Shown piece after piece: positions 48,983 through 60,435 of a stretch of 64,000 nucleotides of DNA. A program made the position numbers and the translations under genes. Location of the stretch: positions 64,001-128,000 of the forward strand of contig OZ241993.1 in NCBI GenBank assembly GCA_965204575.1, read 5' to 3'. Origin of the DNA: an uncultured candidatus Porisulfidus sp. Lineage in GTDB: Bacteria; Pseudomonadota; Gammaproteobacteria; Poriferisulfidales; Poriferisulfidaceae. The notes beneath the pieces were generated by a model. It saw only the letters and a program-made list of their open reading frames with translations. It ran no database searches and was not told the DNA's origin. How positions within the stretch are numbered: the first letter of the stretch is position 1; each line of letters starts with the position of its first letter.

Positions 48983-50278
48983 ATGAGCGAAACCAAGCCT
49001 CAAGGCCTGCACACCCGGGCCATTCATGCCGGCGCCTCGCCGGATCCGACCACCGGTGCCCGGGTCACCCCGATCCACCAGTCCGTCGCTTTCGTCTTTC
49101 GGGATGTCGAGCATGCGGCCAATCTGTTCAACCTGGACGAGGCCGGATTCATTTATTCACGCCTGACCAATCCGACGGTCAATGCCCTGCAGGATCGCAT
49201 GGCCGACCTGGAAGGCGGAGTGGGCGCGGTCTGCACGGCCTCCGGCCACGCGGCGCAGATGCTGGCCTTGTTCGGCCTGATGAAGGCTGGCGACGAATTC
49301 GTCGCCTCCAACAAGCTTTACGGCGGTTCCATCACCCAGTTCGGGCATGCCTTCACCCGCTTCGGCTGGAAAGTCGTGTTCGTCGACCCGGATGATCCGG
49401 ACAACGTGCGCCGGGCCTGCAACGAACGCACCCGCGCCGTGTTCAGCGAGAGCCTGGCCAACCCCGGTGGCACGATGTGCGACGTACAGGGGCTTGCCGA
49501 TGCCGCGCACGAGAACGGCGTCCCGCTCATCATCGACAACACGCTGGCCACGCCCGTGCTGTGCAACCCGATCGAGTACGGTGCCGACCTGGTGGTGCAC
49601 TCCACCACCAAGTTCCTGTCCGGCCACGGCAATGCAATCGGCGGCGTGGTCATTGATTCCGGCAAGTTCGACTGGTCCACCAGCGATCACTACTCTCACC
49701 TGACGGACCCCAACCCGGCCTACCACGGGATGTCGTTCGTCGACAAGTTCGGGGACCTCGCCTATACGGTGTATTCCATCGCCGTCAGCCTGCGCGATCT
49801 TGGCCCGACCATGTCGCCGATGAATGCCTATCTCACGCTGAACGGAATCGAAACCCTGCCGCTTCGGATGCGCCAGCACAGCGACAACTCCCTGGCCGTC
49901 GCCCAGTGGCTGGAACAGAACCCGAAAGTTGAATGGGTGTCCTACGCGGGCCTGCCGTCCAGCCCCTACTACGAATTGGCTCAGCGCTATTGCCCCGAAG
50001 GAGCAGGCTCGGTCTTCACTTTTGGGGTGCGGGGCGGCTACGAAAGCGGCGTGAAAGTGGTCGAGAGCGTGAAACTGTTCTCGCACCTGGCCAACATCGG
50101 CGACACTCGTTCGCTGATTGTGCACCCCGCTTCGACCACACACCGCCAGCTCAGCGACGAACAGAAAGCCGCCGCCAGCGCTGGCCCGGAAGTCATCCGC
50201 CTGTCCATCGGGATCGAAGATGCCGACGACATCATCGCCGACCTGGATCAGGCACTGGAAATCGCAGTTGGAGAATAA
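48983..50278 (+). CDS. metY: O-acetylhomoserine aminocarboxypropyltransferase / sulfhydrylase
   Basis: YSRLTNPT, DNTLATP, HSTTKFLSGHG PLP lysine, HLANIGD, HPASTTH. Confidence 0.9.
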   Translation: MSETKPQGLHTRAIHAGASPDPTTGARVTPIHQSVAFVFRDVEHAANLFNLDEAGFIYSRLTNPTVNALQDRMADLEGGVGAVCTASGHAAQMLALFGLMKAGDEFVASNKLYGGSITQFGHAFTRFGWKVVFVDPDDPDNVRRACNERTRAVFSESLANPGGTMCDVQGLADAAHENGVPLIIDNTLATPVLCNPIEYGADLVVHSTTKFLSGHGNAIGGVVIDSGKFDWSTSDHYSHLTDPNPAYHGMSFVDKFGDLAYTVYSIAVSLRDLGPTMSPMNAYLTLNGIETLPLRMRQHSDNSLAVAQWLEQNPKVEWVSYAGLPSSPYYELAQRYCPEGAGSVFTFGVRGGYESGVKVVESVKLFSHLANIGDTRSLIVHPASTTHRQLSDEQKAAASAGPEVIRLSIGIEDADDIIADLDQALEIAVGE

Positions 50279-50280
50279 AA

Positions 50281-50676
50281 ATGAATCCGAATGAAGTCAT
50301 CGAAGCTTATTTCGCGGCTTGGGACGCGCATGACGGGCAGGCCGTGATCGACCTGTACGCCGAAGACGGCACGTACCAGGATCCGGCCACCGAAGGCCCG
50401 CTTTCAGGACAAGCAATCGGCGATTACGCCGAGGCCCTGTTCGCGGCCTTTCCCGACTTGAAGCTGGAACTGATCTCCCAGACGGATACCAGCATCGGCC
50501 AGATTGCCGTGCCCTGGCTACTGTTCGGCACGCACCAGGGACCGCTCGGCGAAATGGAGGCGACCGGAAAATCCGTGGCGATCCGGGGCTGCGACTACAT
50601 CGTGGTCGAGGACGGCAAGCTGAAGACCGTTTACGGTACGTTCAGCCTTCAGGAACTGATGGAGCAATTGTCCTAG
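50281..50676 (+). CDS. SnoaL-like ester cyclase / NTF2-fold protein
   Basis: AAFPDL, GTHQG...ATGK, EDGKL; SD GGAG upstream. Confidence 0.8.
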   Translation: MNPNEVIEAYFAAWDAHDGQAVIDLYAEDGTYQDPATEGPLSGQAIGDYAEALFAAFPDLKLELISQTDTSIGQIAVPWLLFGTHQGPLGEMEATGKSVAIRGCDYIVVEDGKLKTVYGTFSLQELMEQLS

Positions 50677-50679
50677 TTC

Positions 50680-50877
50680 ATGCGCGTTACCGTCAACGGA
50701 GAAGCCCATACCCTCCCCGATGAGGCGACAGTCGAGGACCTGGCCCGGCATTTGCATGTAGAGGGCCGTATCGCGCTGGAAATCAACCACGAAGTCGTTC
50801 CACGATCCCGCTGGACCGGCCATGCCTTGCGCGAAGGCGACACCGTTGAAATCGTCCGGGCCATCGGAGGGGGCTGA
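50680..50877 (+). CDS. thiS: Sulfur carrier ThiS
   Basis: VNGE...VVPRS...EIVRAIGGG; upstream of thiG. Confidence 0.93.
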   Translation: MRVTVNGEAHTLPDEATVEDLARHLHVEGRIALEINHEVVPRSRWTGHALREGDTVEIVRAIGGG

Positions 50878-50878
50878 C

Positions 50879-51664
50879 ATGTCCGACGACGATCCGCTGG
50901 TCATCGCAGGGCGATCCTACACGTCCCGCCTGCTGGTCGGCACCGGGAAATACCGGGATCTGGAGCAGACCCGCGATGCGGTCGCCGCCTCCGGGGCGGA
51001 AATCGTGACCGTGGCCCTGCGCCGCACCAACATCGGCCAAGACCCGGACGCGCCAAACCTTCTGGATGTGTTGCCGCCGGACGAATACACCATCCTGCCG
51101 AACACCGCGGGCTGCTACAACGCCGAGGACGCCATCCGCACCTGCCGCCTGGCCCGCGAACTGCTGGGCGATCACCGGCTGGTCAAGCTGGAGGTGCTGG
51201 GCGACCCGCGCACCCTGTACCCGGATGTCGCGCAAACCATCGTTGCAGCCGAGACGCTGGTCGTGGAAGGCTTCGAGGTGATGGTGTACACCAACGACGA
51301 TCCGGTCGTCGCGCGTCGCCTGGCGGAAATCGGCTGCGTTGCCGTGATGCCTTTGGCGGCACCGATCGGGTCGGGGCAAGGCATCCGCAACCCGGGCAAC
51401 CTGAGGGTCATCCTGGAGGAAGCCACGACGCCCATACTGGTGGATGCCGGCGTCGGCATTGCTTCCGATGCAGCCATCGCGATGGAACTCGGGTGCGACG
51501 GCGTGCTGATGAATACGGCGATTGCCGAAGCCGGAGACCCCGTGCGGATGGCCCAGGCGATGCGCCTGGCCGTGGAAGCGGGCCGGGTCGCCTGGCGGGC
51601 TGGACGCATGCCGGAGCGTCGCTTCGCTTCAAGCTCCAGCCCGACCGAGGGCACCCTGACGTGA
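50879..51664 (+). CDS. thiG: Thiazole synthase
   Basis: [39 protein letters not shown]. Confidence 0.96.
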   Translation: MSDDDPLVIAGRSYTSRLLVGTGKYRDLEQTRDAVAASGAEIVTVALRRTNIGQDPDAPNLLDVLPPDEYTILPNTAGCYNAEDAIRTCRLARELLGDHRLVKLEVLGDPRTLYPDVAQTIVAAETLVVEGFEVMVYTNDDPVVARRLAEIGCVAVMPLAAPIGSGQGIRNPGNLRVILEEATTPILVDAGVGIASDAAIAMELGCDGVLMNTAIAEAGDPVRMAQAMRLAVEAGRVAWRAGRMPERRFASSSSPTEGTLT

Positions 51665-52350
51665 GCCGGGCCGCCGCCGAATTGCGGCGTCCGATCCGCT
51701 CCTTCGTCCACCGCGCCCGCAGCCTCACGAAGGCTCGGAAACAGGAATTCGAAGCCCTGTGGGAACGCTACGGAAGGGCGATTCCAGAGCAAGGATTCCA
51801 GCCGGAGGCCCTGTTCTCCCGAACCGGGCCGATTACGCTTGAGATCGGCTTCGGGCATGGCGAAGTGCTGCTGCACGAGGCCCAAACGTTCCCGCAACAC
51901 AACGTGCTCGGTATCGAAGTGTACCGGCCGGTGTTGTTTTCCGTCCTGCGAAAAGCGGAACAACTGGGGATCGACAATGTGCGCGTGCTCTCCGGAGACG
52001 CAGCCCTGTTGCTGCCGAGGTTTCCGGACCACTGCCTGCAACAGATCCGGATCCTGTTTCCGGATCCCTGGCCCAAACGCCGCCACTGGAAGCGCCGCCT
52101 GCTTCAGGATCGATTCATCACCGAATGCGCCCGCTGCCTCGTGCCCGGCGGTCTCCTTCACCTGGCGACCGACTGGCCGGACTACGCAAAACAGATCGAG
52201 CAGGTCGTAGAAAACGCCGGCTGCTGGCACCCTCGACCCGATGTGCCGAACCGACCCGAAACGCATTTCGAGCAGCGCGGCCTGCAGTTAGGGCATAAGG
52301 TCTGGGAGCGCGTCCTGGAACTCAAATCTCCCAATGCCGGGCAGGACTGA
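51661..52350 (+). CDS. trmB: tRNA (guanine-N7)-methyltransferase
   Basis: [32 protein letters not shown]. Confidence 0.95.
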   Translation: MSRAAAELRRPIRSFVHRARSLTKARKQEFEALWERYGRAIPEQGFQPEALFSRTGPITLEIGFGHGEVLLHEAQTFPQHNVLGIEVYRPVLFSVLRKAEQLGIDNVRVLSGDAALLLPRFPDHCLQQIRILFPDPWPKRRHWKRRLLQDRFITECARCLVPGGLLHLATDWPDYAKQIEQVVENAGCWHPRPDVPNRPETHFEQRGLQLGHKVWERVLELKSPNAGQD

Positions 52351-52367
52351 AATCTGACCGGGAAGCC

Positions 52368-52559
52368 TTAGGGATTCTCGCGCATCTTGTACCACGCCCA
52401 TCCGGCCAGAGCCATCAGCACCAGCCAGCCCACCGGATAGGTGAGCACACCGGACAGGAACAGCCCGATCGTGGTGCACCATGCCAGCACCAACGCCACG
52501 AATGCGATCCGCCAGTGATTTTTCTGCATCGCCATATTCTGCGCTCCCGCCCCGATCAT
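52368..52559 (-). CDS. Small two-TM hypothetical membrane protein
   Basis: Hydrophobic ORF filling an intergenic gap; start uncertain. Confidence 0.5.
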   Translation of the reverse strand: MIGAGAQNMAMQKNHWRIAFVALVLAWCTTIGLFLSGVLTYPVGWLVLMALAGWAWYKMRENP

Positions 52560-52597
52560 TGCTACAATAGCATGCCGTCTAACCGCAACCTCATGCC

Positions 52598-52801
52598 ATG
52601 AGCACGAAACAGGACAAAATTGAAAAGTTGCTGGAGATGCAACGCCGCTTCATCGCCCTTGACCGTGAAAGGGGCGTCAGCATGGACGAGTATTTTGTGC
52701 CGGACGAAGATTCGGACCTGCACAACTACCGGCAGGACTACATGGAGTGCGCCATGGATGTCGTGAAACTCGCGCACGAAGAAAAAGGTTCCAAGAACTG
52801 A
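52598..52801 (+). CDS. Small hypothetical protein
   Basis: Coding-like composition; fills gap; no recognised motif. Confidence 0.6.
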   Translation: MSTKQDKIEKLLEMQRRFIALDRERGVSMDEYFVPDEDSDLHNYRQDYMECAMDVVKLAHEEKGSKN

Positions 52802-52814
52802 ATCTCCGTAGCCA

Positions 52815-53624
52815 CTACGGCTTCTTCTTTTTCGCCTTGAACTGGTAGGCTGGCGGCGGGCCCGGCGGCAACGGCGGACCTTGATAATCATCCGGCTCGG
52901 AGCCGGGCGGCAATTCCCCCGCCGGGGGCGTCAGATCCTTGTAGTCGAATTCCGACAGCAGGTGGTGGATGCAGTTCAGGCGTGCCAGCTTCTTACTGTT
53001 TCCATCGATCACGGTCCAAGGCGCCCGCTCGGTGTGGCAGTGCGCAAACATCTGGTCTCGTGCACGCGTGTAGTCCGTCCAGCGCGACCGGGCCTCCAGA
53101 TCCATCGAGCTGAGCTTCCAACGTTTGAGCAAATCGTCCCGGCGTGCCTGAAAACGCCGCTCCTGCTCTTCGCGGCTGATCGCGAACCAGTACTTGATCA
53201 GCTTGATCCCGGAGTTGATCAGCATCTCCTCGAATTTCGGGCAACTGATGAAGAATTCCTGCACTTCGGCTTCCGAGCAGAACCCCATCACCGACTCCAC
53301 GCCCGCCCGGTTGTACCAGCTGCGGTCGAACAGCACCATCTCGCCCACTCGGGGCAGGTGCGTAACATAGCGCTGGAAGTACCACTGCCCCCGTTCGCGT
53401 TCGGTCGGCTTCGGCAACGCCACCAGGCGCACGATGCGCGGATTCGTGTATTGCATGATGCGGCGGACCACTCCGCCTTTCCCGGCCGCGTCGCGTCCTT
53501 CGAACAGCACGATCACGCGCAGATTCTGGGATTGAATCCAGTACTGGAGCTTGATCAGTTCGGATTGCAGGCGCAGCAGTTCCCGCTCATAACCCTGTTC
53601 GTCGATCAGCTTCGGTTCAGACAT
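52815..53624 (-). CDS. ppk2: Polyphosphate kinase 2
   Basis: FEGRDAAGKGG, WYFQRY, FDRSWYNRAG, WKLSSMD. Confidence 0.95.
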   Translation of the reverse strand: MSEPKLIDEQGYERELLRLQSELIKLQYWIQSQNLRVIVLFEGRDAAGKGGVVRRIMQYTNPRIVRLVALPKPTERERGQWYFQRYVTHLPRVGEMVLFDRSWYNRAGVESVMGFCSEAEVQEFFISCPKFEEMLINSGIKLIKYWFAISREEQERRFQARRDDLLKRWKLSSMDLEARSRWTDYTRARDQMFAHCHTERAPWTVIDGNSKKLARLNCIHHLLSEFDYKDLTPPAGELPPGSEPDDYQGPPLPPGPPPAYQFKAKKKKP

Positions 53625-54285
53625 CGGCCCACATCCGCAACAGCCGCGAATAAATCCAGTCCAGCCTCTTCAGATCCTCGTCCGCCGGATCCTGTTCCAT
53701 CTTTCGAGATCTCACGGCATCCAGGGCCTGCAGGACTTCACGCTGCTGTTCGTCCCGCACCTGGCTCTGGATCCACAGTACCGCGACCCATCGTTCACCC
53801 GAACCCACTTCATCGACCCGGTGCAGGCGACCCGCGGGATACAGGACCGCATCTCCGGCCGGATATCGCGCAGCCTGTTCGCCACAAGGAGTTTCCACGA
53901 TCAGCGCACCGCCTTCATACTCCGAAGGATCGCTCAGAAATACGGTGACCGCAAGATCCGAGCGGTAACCGCCCTCGCCCATGACGGCGTCATCCGTATG
54001 CCAGCCATAGTGCATCCCGGGCCGGTAACGGGAAAAAATCGGGTGGCTGATCCGCAACGGCAATGCGTAACGCTGCACCAGGGGATGGCGCTGCAGCGCC
54101 TGCGCGACACAGAGTTCCAGAGGCTCGCGCTCGGAGCGGGATGCCTGAAATTCTTCATTCTGCTTGACTTCGCCGGCCAATCGGCCCGCGCTGGCGCGGC
54201 CGTCCGCAAAAGCGCCCTGACGCAGACCCGTGCGGATTTTTTCCAGTTCCTCAGGGGTCAGAACTTCAGGGAGATGGAGCAGCAT
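53617..54285 (-). CDS. PKHD-type Fe(II)/2-oxoglutarate hydroxylase (YbiX/PiuC-like)
   Basis: FSRY...YGWHTDDA, RSDLA, YEGGAL, LHRV, WIQS. Confidence 0.9.
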   Translation of the reverse strand: MLLHLPEVLTPEELEKIRTGLRQGAFADGRASAGRLAGEVKQNEEFQASRSEREPLELCVAQALQRHPLVQRYALPLRISHPIFSRYRPGMHYGWHTDDAVMGEGGYRSDLAVTVFLSDPSEYEGGALIVETPCGEQAARYPAGDAVLYPAGRLHRVDEVGSGERWVAVLWIQSQVRDEQQREVLQALDAVRSRKMEQDPADEDLKRLDWIYSRLLRMWADV

Positions 54286-54322
54286 GGCGGGGAAATCCGG
54301 CTTCCCTCATTATAATGAGGCG

Positions 54323-55213
54323 ATGGCACGGATATGCGTCCTGGGGGGAACCGGATTTGTCGGTCAGGCGCTGGTCAGCCGCCTGGTCGCACAAGGCCAT
54401 GAAGTCCGAGTGCTGACCCGGCAGCGCTTTCGCCATCGCTCCCTGCTGGTACTCCCTACACTGGACCTGGTGCAGGCGAACGTTCACAAAGAGCGGTCGC
54501 TGATGCGCCATACCGAAGGCATGGACGTCATCATCAACCTGGTCGGCATCCTCAACGAATCGCGCATGCGCGGACAGTCCTTCAAGAAAACGCATGTCCG
54601 ACTGGCACAGAAACTGGTGTCTGCCTGCCACACGCACAAGATTCCGAGATTGCTGCAGATGAGCGCGCTCGGCGCCAACCGCAATACGCGCAGCCAATAC
54701 CTGCGAAGCAAGGCCGAGGCGGAAGCGGCATTGCTCCAGTTCAGCGGAGTGACCCAGGTCACGTGTTTTCGCCCTTCCCTGATCTTCGGCCCCGGCGACC
54801 ATCTCATTGGCCGTTTTACCGCACTGCTGCGTCTTTCGCCGTATTTCTTCCCCCTCGGCTGCCCCGACACCCGCTTCGCCCCGGTTTATGTCGGCGATGT
54901 CGCCACCCGGATGTGCGATTCCCTGGATGATCGGCAGACCTATTCGCAGTCGATCAGCCTGTGCGGCCCGGACATCTATACCCTGCAGGAACTGGTGGAA
55001 CTGATTGCGAAAACGGCCGGCCTGAAACGCCGGGTCGCTCGTTTGTCTCCAGGCCTGTTCCGGATGCAGGCGCGTATCCTGGGGCACGTGCCCGGCAAAC
55101 CCATCACCATGGACAATTACTACAGCCTGCAGGTCGACAGCGTGTGCCCCGATGCGGACCCCTGCCCCACCCATCTGGAGCCGGTCATGCGGGAGATCCT
55201 TGCGGGAAACTGA
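54323..55213 (+). CDS. NAD-dependent epimerase/dehydratase (NDUFA9-like)
   Basis: LGGTGFVG, INLVGIL, SALGA, YLRSK, RPSLIFG. Confidence 0.88.
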   Translation: MARICVLGGTGFVGQALVSRLVAQGHEVRVLTRQRFRHRSLLVLPTLDLVQANVHKERSLMRHTEGMDVIINLVGILNESRMRGQSFKKTHVRLAQKLVSACHTHKIPRLLQMSALGANRNTRSQYLRSKAEAEAALLQFSGVTQVTCFRPSLIFGPGDHLIGRFTALLRLSPYFFPLGCPDTRFAPVYVGDVATRMCDSLDDRQTYSQSISLCGPDIYTLQELVELIAKTAGLKRRVARLSPGLFRMQARILGHVPGKPITMDNYYSLQVDSVCPDADPCPTHLEPVMREILAGN

Positions 55214-55222
55214 CTTTCTCCG

Positions 55223-55801
55223 CTATCGGAAAACTTTTTTCAACTGCGTCTCCTGCGCACCTTCCCATGCCTGTGGCAAGTCATCGTTGGCTTCCAATGC
55301 TTGGTAAATCTCCCTGATCTTTTCAGAATCAATCATTTTGGCTGCTCGCATCTTGTGCAACAGTTCGTAACCGTGCCACACCGATATCTCAAATTCTTCC
55401 GCCAATTGGTGCATTCCCAAGTCATCCGTCACCACTACCGCCTCCCGGACTTGACCGAAGGCCAGCATTCGACAATCTGTTTTGGAGGGTGGTGAGCGTC
55501 TGTTCTCTATAAACCGGGCTGCATGAATTTGCACATATTCGTGTAAGGCTTCAGTAATGTCGCTCAACTTCTTCTTTTCTTCGGGAGACATTCTCACTCC
55601 TTTGGAAACTCGCTCTTGAGTGAGATTCGGATTATCAAACCATGGGTAATGGAAACGCAATCGGCGACTCTTGTGAACTTCTCTTTCTACATCCCTTAGT
55701 ACGGTTAGACAATATTGCTTATGCCCGAACTTAACTCCCAACATCGGTTTGATGCGCTTCGCCAGACGGAGATATGCATTGGTATCAAGCAAAACCAGCA
55801 T
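55223..55801 (-). CDS. PIN-domain protein (putative RNase toxin)
   Basis: LLDTNAYL N-terminus, TDC, VVTDD acidic residues; overlaps upstream XRE-ImmA gene. Confidence 0.72.
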   Translation of the reverse strand: MLVLLDTNAYLRLAKRIKPMLGVKFGHKQYCLTVLRDVEREVHKSRRLRFHYPWFDNPNLTQERVSKGVRMSPEEKKKLSDITEALHEYVQIHAARFIENRRSPPSKTDCRMLAFGQVREAVVVTDDLGMHQLAEEFEISVWHGYELLHKMRAAKMIDSEKIREIYQALEANDDLPQAWEGAQETQLKKVFR

Positions 55802-56921
55802 TCGCGATCAATCCTTCATGAAGCGCCCTCGCATCATGGACGGAACTATCGATTACCTGCTGGATATATGCATATCCCGTACCATGCTCTTGAATCATGC
55901 GCTTTAAACCCTTGAAGAAATCTGATCGGAAAACATCTTCACAAAGCTTGACATATTCCTCCGGACCGGGTGTCCCGGATCCGAAAAGGAGGCGGCTAAC
56001 CAATTCTCCGGAATCCCGGTTTCGCAAGGCATGGATATCTTTCTCTTTGATCGGAATTCCAGACTGTTTCTCTAGTTCAGCATAGATTTGGACTTGTTTG
56101 AAAACCGTGTACGGAGAAATATCGTGTTGTTTGGCATGACTCTGCAGAACACGCAACTTGCCGCGATCGTGAGCCTGCATTGTCTCCGCATATACCGTCT
56201 CAGCGCAAACCCTGGGAAACAGCAAGGCTCCCGCAAAAGCATCAGCAAAATCTTCCCCTTGCTCAGTTCCAGCCCACTGTGGCGTGTAAATATGCGCAAG
56301 TTCATGCGCCATCCAGAATCCGAAATCCTCAATTCGAGTATCCAGATTCAGGAAGACAAATGTCACATTTTCTTTAGGCAGCCCGATGTGCAGCGCATTT
56401 TCATGCCTTTTCTTCTCTCCCCAAAGCACTGGCACCAGTATGGTCCCTGACCTTTTGAACTCTTTTATCAAGTCCTCATAGCGCAAAGGCTTCTGTTGGC
56501 CGACACCCAATCGCTTGCGAGCCTCTGTCGCATATGCTTGTACTTTCACAGGGTCGGTTGAGGGCGATGCGATCTGCGTGCGCAACTCTGGCACCGCTTT
56601 CAAATACGGAACTAGCGGCCTCAGAAGCCTACCGATGCCAACAGCTTTGCGGATGTGTGCCTCGACTGTCTTGGCGCCCCCTTTCCTGCGAAAGGCTATC
56701 ACCGGCTCTATTTCTTCTTCATCGACAACGAGTTTCTCATACCGCAACCCCAGGACTGCAACCAGTTTAAGAATGACGGCAGGACGCGGAAAATTTTCAC
56801 CTCGAAGCCAGTGAGTCACCGCCTGGCTGGTCACGCCGACCTCTTCGGCCAGGCGTGCTTGAGTCCACCCCCGCTCCCGAAGGGATTCTTTTATAATTTG
56901 AGAATTGATGGCCTGCCCCAT
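55785..56921 (-). CDS. XRE-family HTH fused to ImmA/IrrE metallopeptidase
   Basis: GWTQARLAEEVGVT HTH; MAHELAH; EDFADAFAGALLFP; lower GC than flanks. Confidence 0.85.
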   Translation of the reverse strand: MGQAINSQIIKESLRERGWTQARLAEEVGVTSQAVTHWLRGENFPRPAVILKLVAVLGLRYEKLVVDEEEIEPVIAFRRKGGAKTVEAHIRKAVGIGRLLRPLVPYLKAVPELRTQIASPSTDPVKVQAYATEARKRLGVGQQKPLRYEDLIKEFKRSGTILVPVLWGEKKRHENALHIGLPKENVTFVFLNLDTRIEDFGFWMAHELAHIYTPQWAGTEQGEDFADAFAGALLFPRVCAETVYAETMQAHDRGKLRVLQSHAKQHDISPYTVFKQVQIYAELEKQSGIPIKEKDIHALRNRDSGELVSRLLFGSGTPGPEEYVKLCEDVFRSDFFKGLKRMIQEHGTGYAYIQQVIDSSVHDARALHEGLIANAGFA

Positions 56922-57010
56922 GCCGATTTTTAATGTATCTTAAGCCGCCAAAAAAATCAAGTTTTGCAGCTGATAATGGCTGTGGGAATCTATAAAAAAT
57001 ATTATTTCTA

Positions 57011-57448
57011 TCAAATAGTTAGTGAGAAAGTAACCGGGCCGTCGTTGATCAGGTGAACCTGCATGTCGGCTCCGAATTCCCCGGTTTCCACCGAGCCATG
57101 CCGTTCCCGGCATTCTGCGCACAGTTTTTCAAAAAGCATGCGTCCGGTCTCCGGCGGCGCGGCAGAACTGAAACTTGCGCGCATTCCCCGGTCGGTCTCG
57201 GCTGCAAGGGTGAATTGCGGCACCAGCAGCAGCGCGCCGTCCGTATCCACCAAGGAACGGTTCATTCTCCCTTCTTCATCAGCGAACAAGCGATAGCCCA
57301 GGATTCGCTCCGCCATGCGCTCGATCCGTGCCGGCGCATCATCCTTGTGGAAACCGACCAAAGCCAGGATTCCGGGGCCAATGGCCGCCACGGTGCGCCC
57401 ATCGATATCGACGCGGGCTTCAATTGCACGTTGGAGCAGAGCGATCAT
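57011..57448 (-). CDS. dtd: D-aminoacyl-tRNA deacylase
   Basis: LLQRA, VPQFTL, GEFGADM, NDGPVT. Confidence 0.95.
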   Translation of the reverse strand: MIALLQRAIEARVDIDGRTVAAIGPGILALVGFHKDDAPARIERMAERILGYRLFADEEGRMNRSLVDTDGALLLVPQFTLAAETDRGMRASFSSAAPPETGRMLFEKLCAECRERHGSVETGEFGADMQVHLINDGPVTFSLTI

Positions 57449-57498
57449 GGTAGCTAATTTGGTCGAGTCATGGCGAAAGCACTATAATCCAATTCTAC

Positions 57499-57574
<76 letters not shown>

Positions 57575-57658
57575 ATTCGTTGTTTTTTGATAATTTCAAA
57601 CCCGCATCGAACATAGTAAAATGACCGGGCCAGCAGTGGCTCCACCCCGTTCCCTCCC

Positions 57659-58249
57659 ATGAGCGCCCGCACCGCCTGTATCCAGCGCGATACCCGTGAA
57701 ACCCAGATCGAGGTCGAAGTTGACCTCGACGGCAAGGGTTGCGCGGAACTCGAGACCGGCCTGCCCTTTCTGGAGCACATGCTGGACCAGGTCGCACGGC
57801 ACGGCATGCTGGACCTCCGCGTGAAGGCCACAGGAGACCTTTCCGTCGACGCGCATCACACCGTCGAAGACATCGGCATCGTTCTGGGCCAGGCCATACG
57901 CCAGGCGCTGGGCGACAAAAAGGCGATCCGCCGCTATGGCCACGCCTACGTCCCGCTGGACGAGGCACTATCGCGGGTCGTCATCGACTTCTCCGGCCGC
58001 CCCGGCCTGGATTACCAGGTCGAGTACCCGCGCGCCCGGATACAGGATTTCGACGTTGACCTGGTGAATGAATTTTTCCAGGGCTTTGTCAACCACGCCA
58101 TGGCCACGTTGCACATCGACGGCTTGCGCGGAAACAATGCCCACCATATCGCCGAGACGGTGTTCAAGGCTTTCGGCCGTGCCGTTCGCATGGCCGTGGA
58201 GCAGGATCCGCGGGAGACCGGCACCCCTTCAACTAAAGGCGTTCTATAG
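57659..58249 (+). CDS. hisB: Imidazoleglycerol-phosphate dehydratase
   Basis: [26 protein letters not shown]. Confidence 0.97.
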   Translation: MSARTACIQRDTRETQIEVEVDLDGKGCAELETGLPFLEHMLDQVARHGMLDLRVKATGDLSVDAHHTVEDIGIVLGQAIRQALGDKKAIRRYGHAYVPLDEALSRVVIDFSGRPGLDYQVEYPRARIQDFDVDLVNEFFQGFVNHAMATLHIDGLRGNNAHHIAETVFKAFGRAVRMAVEQDPRETGTPSTKGVL

Positions 58250-58271
58250 CTCCATTCCATTCTGCTTCGCG

Positions 58272-58910
58272 ATGCAGACCGTCGCCATTGTTGACTTCAG
58301 TTTCGGCAACCTGCGTTCCGTGCACAATGCCTTGCGCAGCCTGGCGGAGCCTGGGACCGACATTCGGATTGCAACCGAGCCTGCGGACATAGAACAGGCA
58401 GACCGGATCGTATTTCCGGGCCAAGGTGCGGCACGCCACTGCATGCTCGCTCTGCGCCAGAAAAGCCTGGCCGACGCGGTCCTCGATGCAGCCCGAAGCC
58501 GGCCCTTCCTCGGAATCTGCATGGGCATGCAGGTCCTGATGGAATACAGCGAAGAGAACGACGGGGTCGATTGCCTGGGGCTATTCTCCGGGAAAGTCCG
58601 GGCTTTCGCACCGCATGTCGAGCGCGGCAGCGGATTCAAGATCCCGCACATGGGCTGGAGCCGCATTGAACAGACAGCTCATCCATTGTGGGAGAATATC
58701 CCGGATCAAAGTCGTTTTTATTTCGTGCACAGTTACTACACGGCTCCTCGTGACGAGGAGGCCATCGCCGGACGCACCGATTACGTCCTGCCTTTCGCTT
58801 CGGTCATTGCGAAGGATCAGGTATTCGCCATGCAGAGCCACCCCGAGAAGAGCGGAGAGCACGGCTTGACGCTATTGCGGAATTTCCTGAACTGGGACGG
58901 ACAGTGTTGA
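58272..58910 (+). CDS. hisH: Imidazole glycerol phosphate synthase, glutaminase subunit
   Basis: GNLRSV, FPGQG, GICMG, PHMGW, YFVHSY, HPEKS. Confidence 0.96.
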   Translation: MQTVAIVDFSFGNLRSVHNALRSLAEPGTDIRIATEPADIEQADRIVFPGQGAARHCMLALRQKSLADAVLDAARSRPFLGICMGMQVLMEYSEENDGVDCLGLFSGKVRAFAPHVERGSGFKIPHMGWSRIEQTAHPLWENIPDQSRFYFVHSYYTAPRDEEAIAGRTDYVLPFASVIAKDQVFAMQSHPEKSGEHGLTLLRNFLNWDGQC

Positions 58911-58929
58911 GCCGGGAGCCTGCCCTATC

Positions 58930-59658
58930 ATGCTGATTATTCCTGCCATCGACATCAAGGACGGGCGGTGCGTGCGCCTGCGCCAGGGCCGGATGGACGA
59001 CGAAACCGTTTTTTCGGATGATCCGGTCAGCGTGGCCCAGCGCTGGATCGACCAAGGCGCGCAACGACTGCACATCGTGGATCTGGATGGCGCCCGCACG
59101 GGCAAGCCGGCCAACCTTTTGATCATCGAGCAGATCACGCAAAATCACCCGAAAATTCCAATCCAGGTCGGCGGCGGTATCCGAAGCGAGGAAACCATCC
59201 AGACCTACCTGGACGTCGGGGTGCGCTACACCGTCATCGGCACCCGCGCCGTGCGCGAGCCGCACTTCGTGGAGGAACTGTGTCTGGAATTCCCCGGCCA
59301 CATCATCGTCGGCCTGGATGCCAAGGACGGCAAGGTGGCGACCGACGGGTGGTCCAAGCTGTCCCACCACGACGCCATCGACCTGGCCCAACACTTTGTC
59401 CAGGAAGGGGTCGCCTCCATCATCTTTACCGACATCAGCCGCGACGGCATGATGCAGGGCGTCAACGTGGACTCGACGGTCGAGTTGGCTCAGGCATTGC
59501 CCATCCCCATCATCGCCTCCGGCGGCGTCAGTACGCTGGAAGACATCAAGGCCCTTCAAGCCGTTGCCGACGAAGGCATCAGCGGCGCCATCATCGGGCG
59601 AGCCCTGTACGAAGGCAGTATCGACCTCCAGCAGGCCCTGGCGCTGACTTCTGACTGA
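58930..59658 (+). CDS. hisA: ProFAR isomerase
   Basis: [32 protein letters not shown]. Confidence 0.97.
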   Translation: MLIIPAIDIKDGRCVRLRQGRMDDETVFSDDPVSVAQRWIDQGAQRLHIVDLDGARTGKPANLLIIEQITQNHPKIPIQVGGGIRSEETIQTYLDVGVRYTVIGTRAVREPHFVEELCLEFPGHIIVGLDAKDGKVATDGWSKLSHHDAIDLAQHFVQEGVASIIFTDISRDGMMQGVNVDSTVELAQALPIPIIASGGVSTLEDIKALQAVADEGISGAIIGRALYEGSIDLQQALALTSD

Positions 59659-60431
59659 TGGGCCTCGCCAAACGCATCATCCCGTGCCTGGATGTTGACG
59701 GGGGCCGGGTTGTCAAAGGCGTGAAGTTCGTTGATATCCGGGATGCCGGGGACCCGGTCGAAATCGCCCATCGTTACGATCAGGAGGGCGCGGACGAAAT
59801 CACGTTCCTGGACATCACGGCAAGCCACCACGACCGCGACACCACGGTCCACATGGTAGAAGCCGTGGCGGAGCAGGTCTTCATTCCCTTGACTGTCGGC
59901 GGAGGCATCCGGACCGTCGAGAACATCCGGACCCTGCTGTGTGCCGGTGCCGACAAGGTCGGCATCAACACGGCCGCCGTCACCAATCCGGAATTCGTAC
60001 GGAAAGCCAGTGACACGGTCGGCAACCAGTGCATCGTCGTCGCCATCGACGCCAAGCGGGTCAGTGCGCCAGACGAACCGCCGCGCTGGGACATCTTCAC
60101 CCACGGCGGGCGCAAGGACACGGATATCGACGCTCTAGAATGGGCACAAAAGATGGAAGCCTACGGAGCCGGCGAAATTCTCCTCACCAGCATGGACCGG
60201 GACGGGACCCGCGAGGGGTTCGATCTGGAACTGACCCGGGCCATGAGCGATGCGGTCGGCATCCCCGTCATCGCATCGGGCGGAGTCGGGAACCTGCAGC
60301 ACCTGGTGGACGGCGTGACCGAAGGCGGGGCCGACGCGGTGCTCGCGGCCAGCATCTTTCACTTCCAGGAGTACACGATTGGCGAAGCCAAGCAGTACAT
60401 GCAGCAGAATGGGATCGAGGTCCGCTTATAA
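59658..60431 (+). CDS. hisF: Imidazole glycerol phosphate synthase, cyclase subunit
   Basis: [30 protein letters not shown]. Confidence 0.97.
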   Translation: MGLAKRIIPCLDVDGGRVVKGVKFVDIRDAGDPVEIAHRYDQEGADEITFLDITASHHDRDTTVHMVEAVAEQVFIPLTVGGGIRTVENIRTLLCAGADKVGINTAAVTNPEFVRKASDTVGNQCIVVAIDAKRVSAPDEPPRWDIFTHGGRKDTDIDALEWAQKMEAYGAGEILLTSMDRDGTREGFDLELTRAMSDAVGIPVIASGGVGNLQHLVDGVTEGGADAVLAASIFHFQEYTIGEAKQYMQQNGIEVRL

Positions 60432-60435
60432 CCCC

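Noticed and set aside
52531-52542. 12-bp match (GCCATATTCTGC) to the element-1 putative guide
   Set aside because: It covers only the distal part, not the TCAA-proximal seed, and a 12-mer match in 64 kb is plausible by chance.
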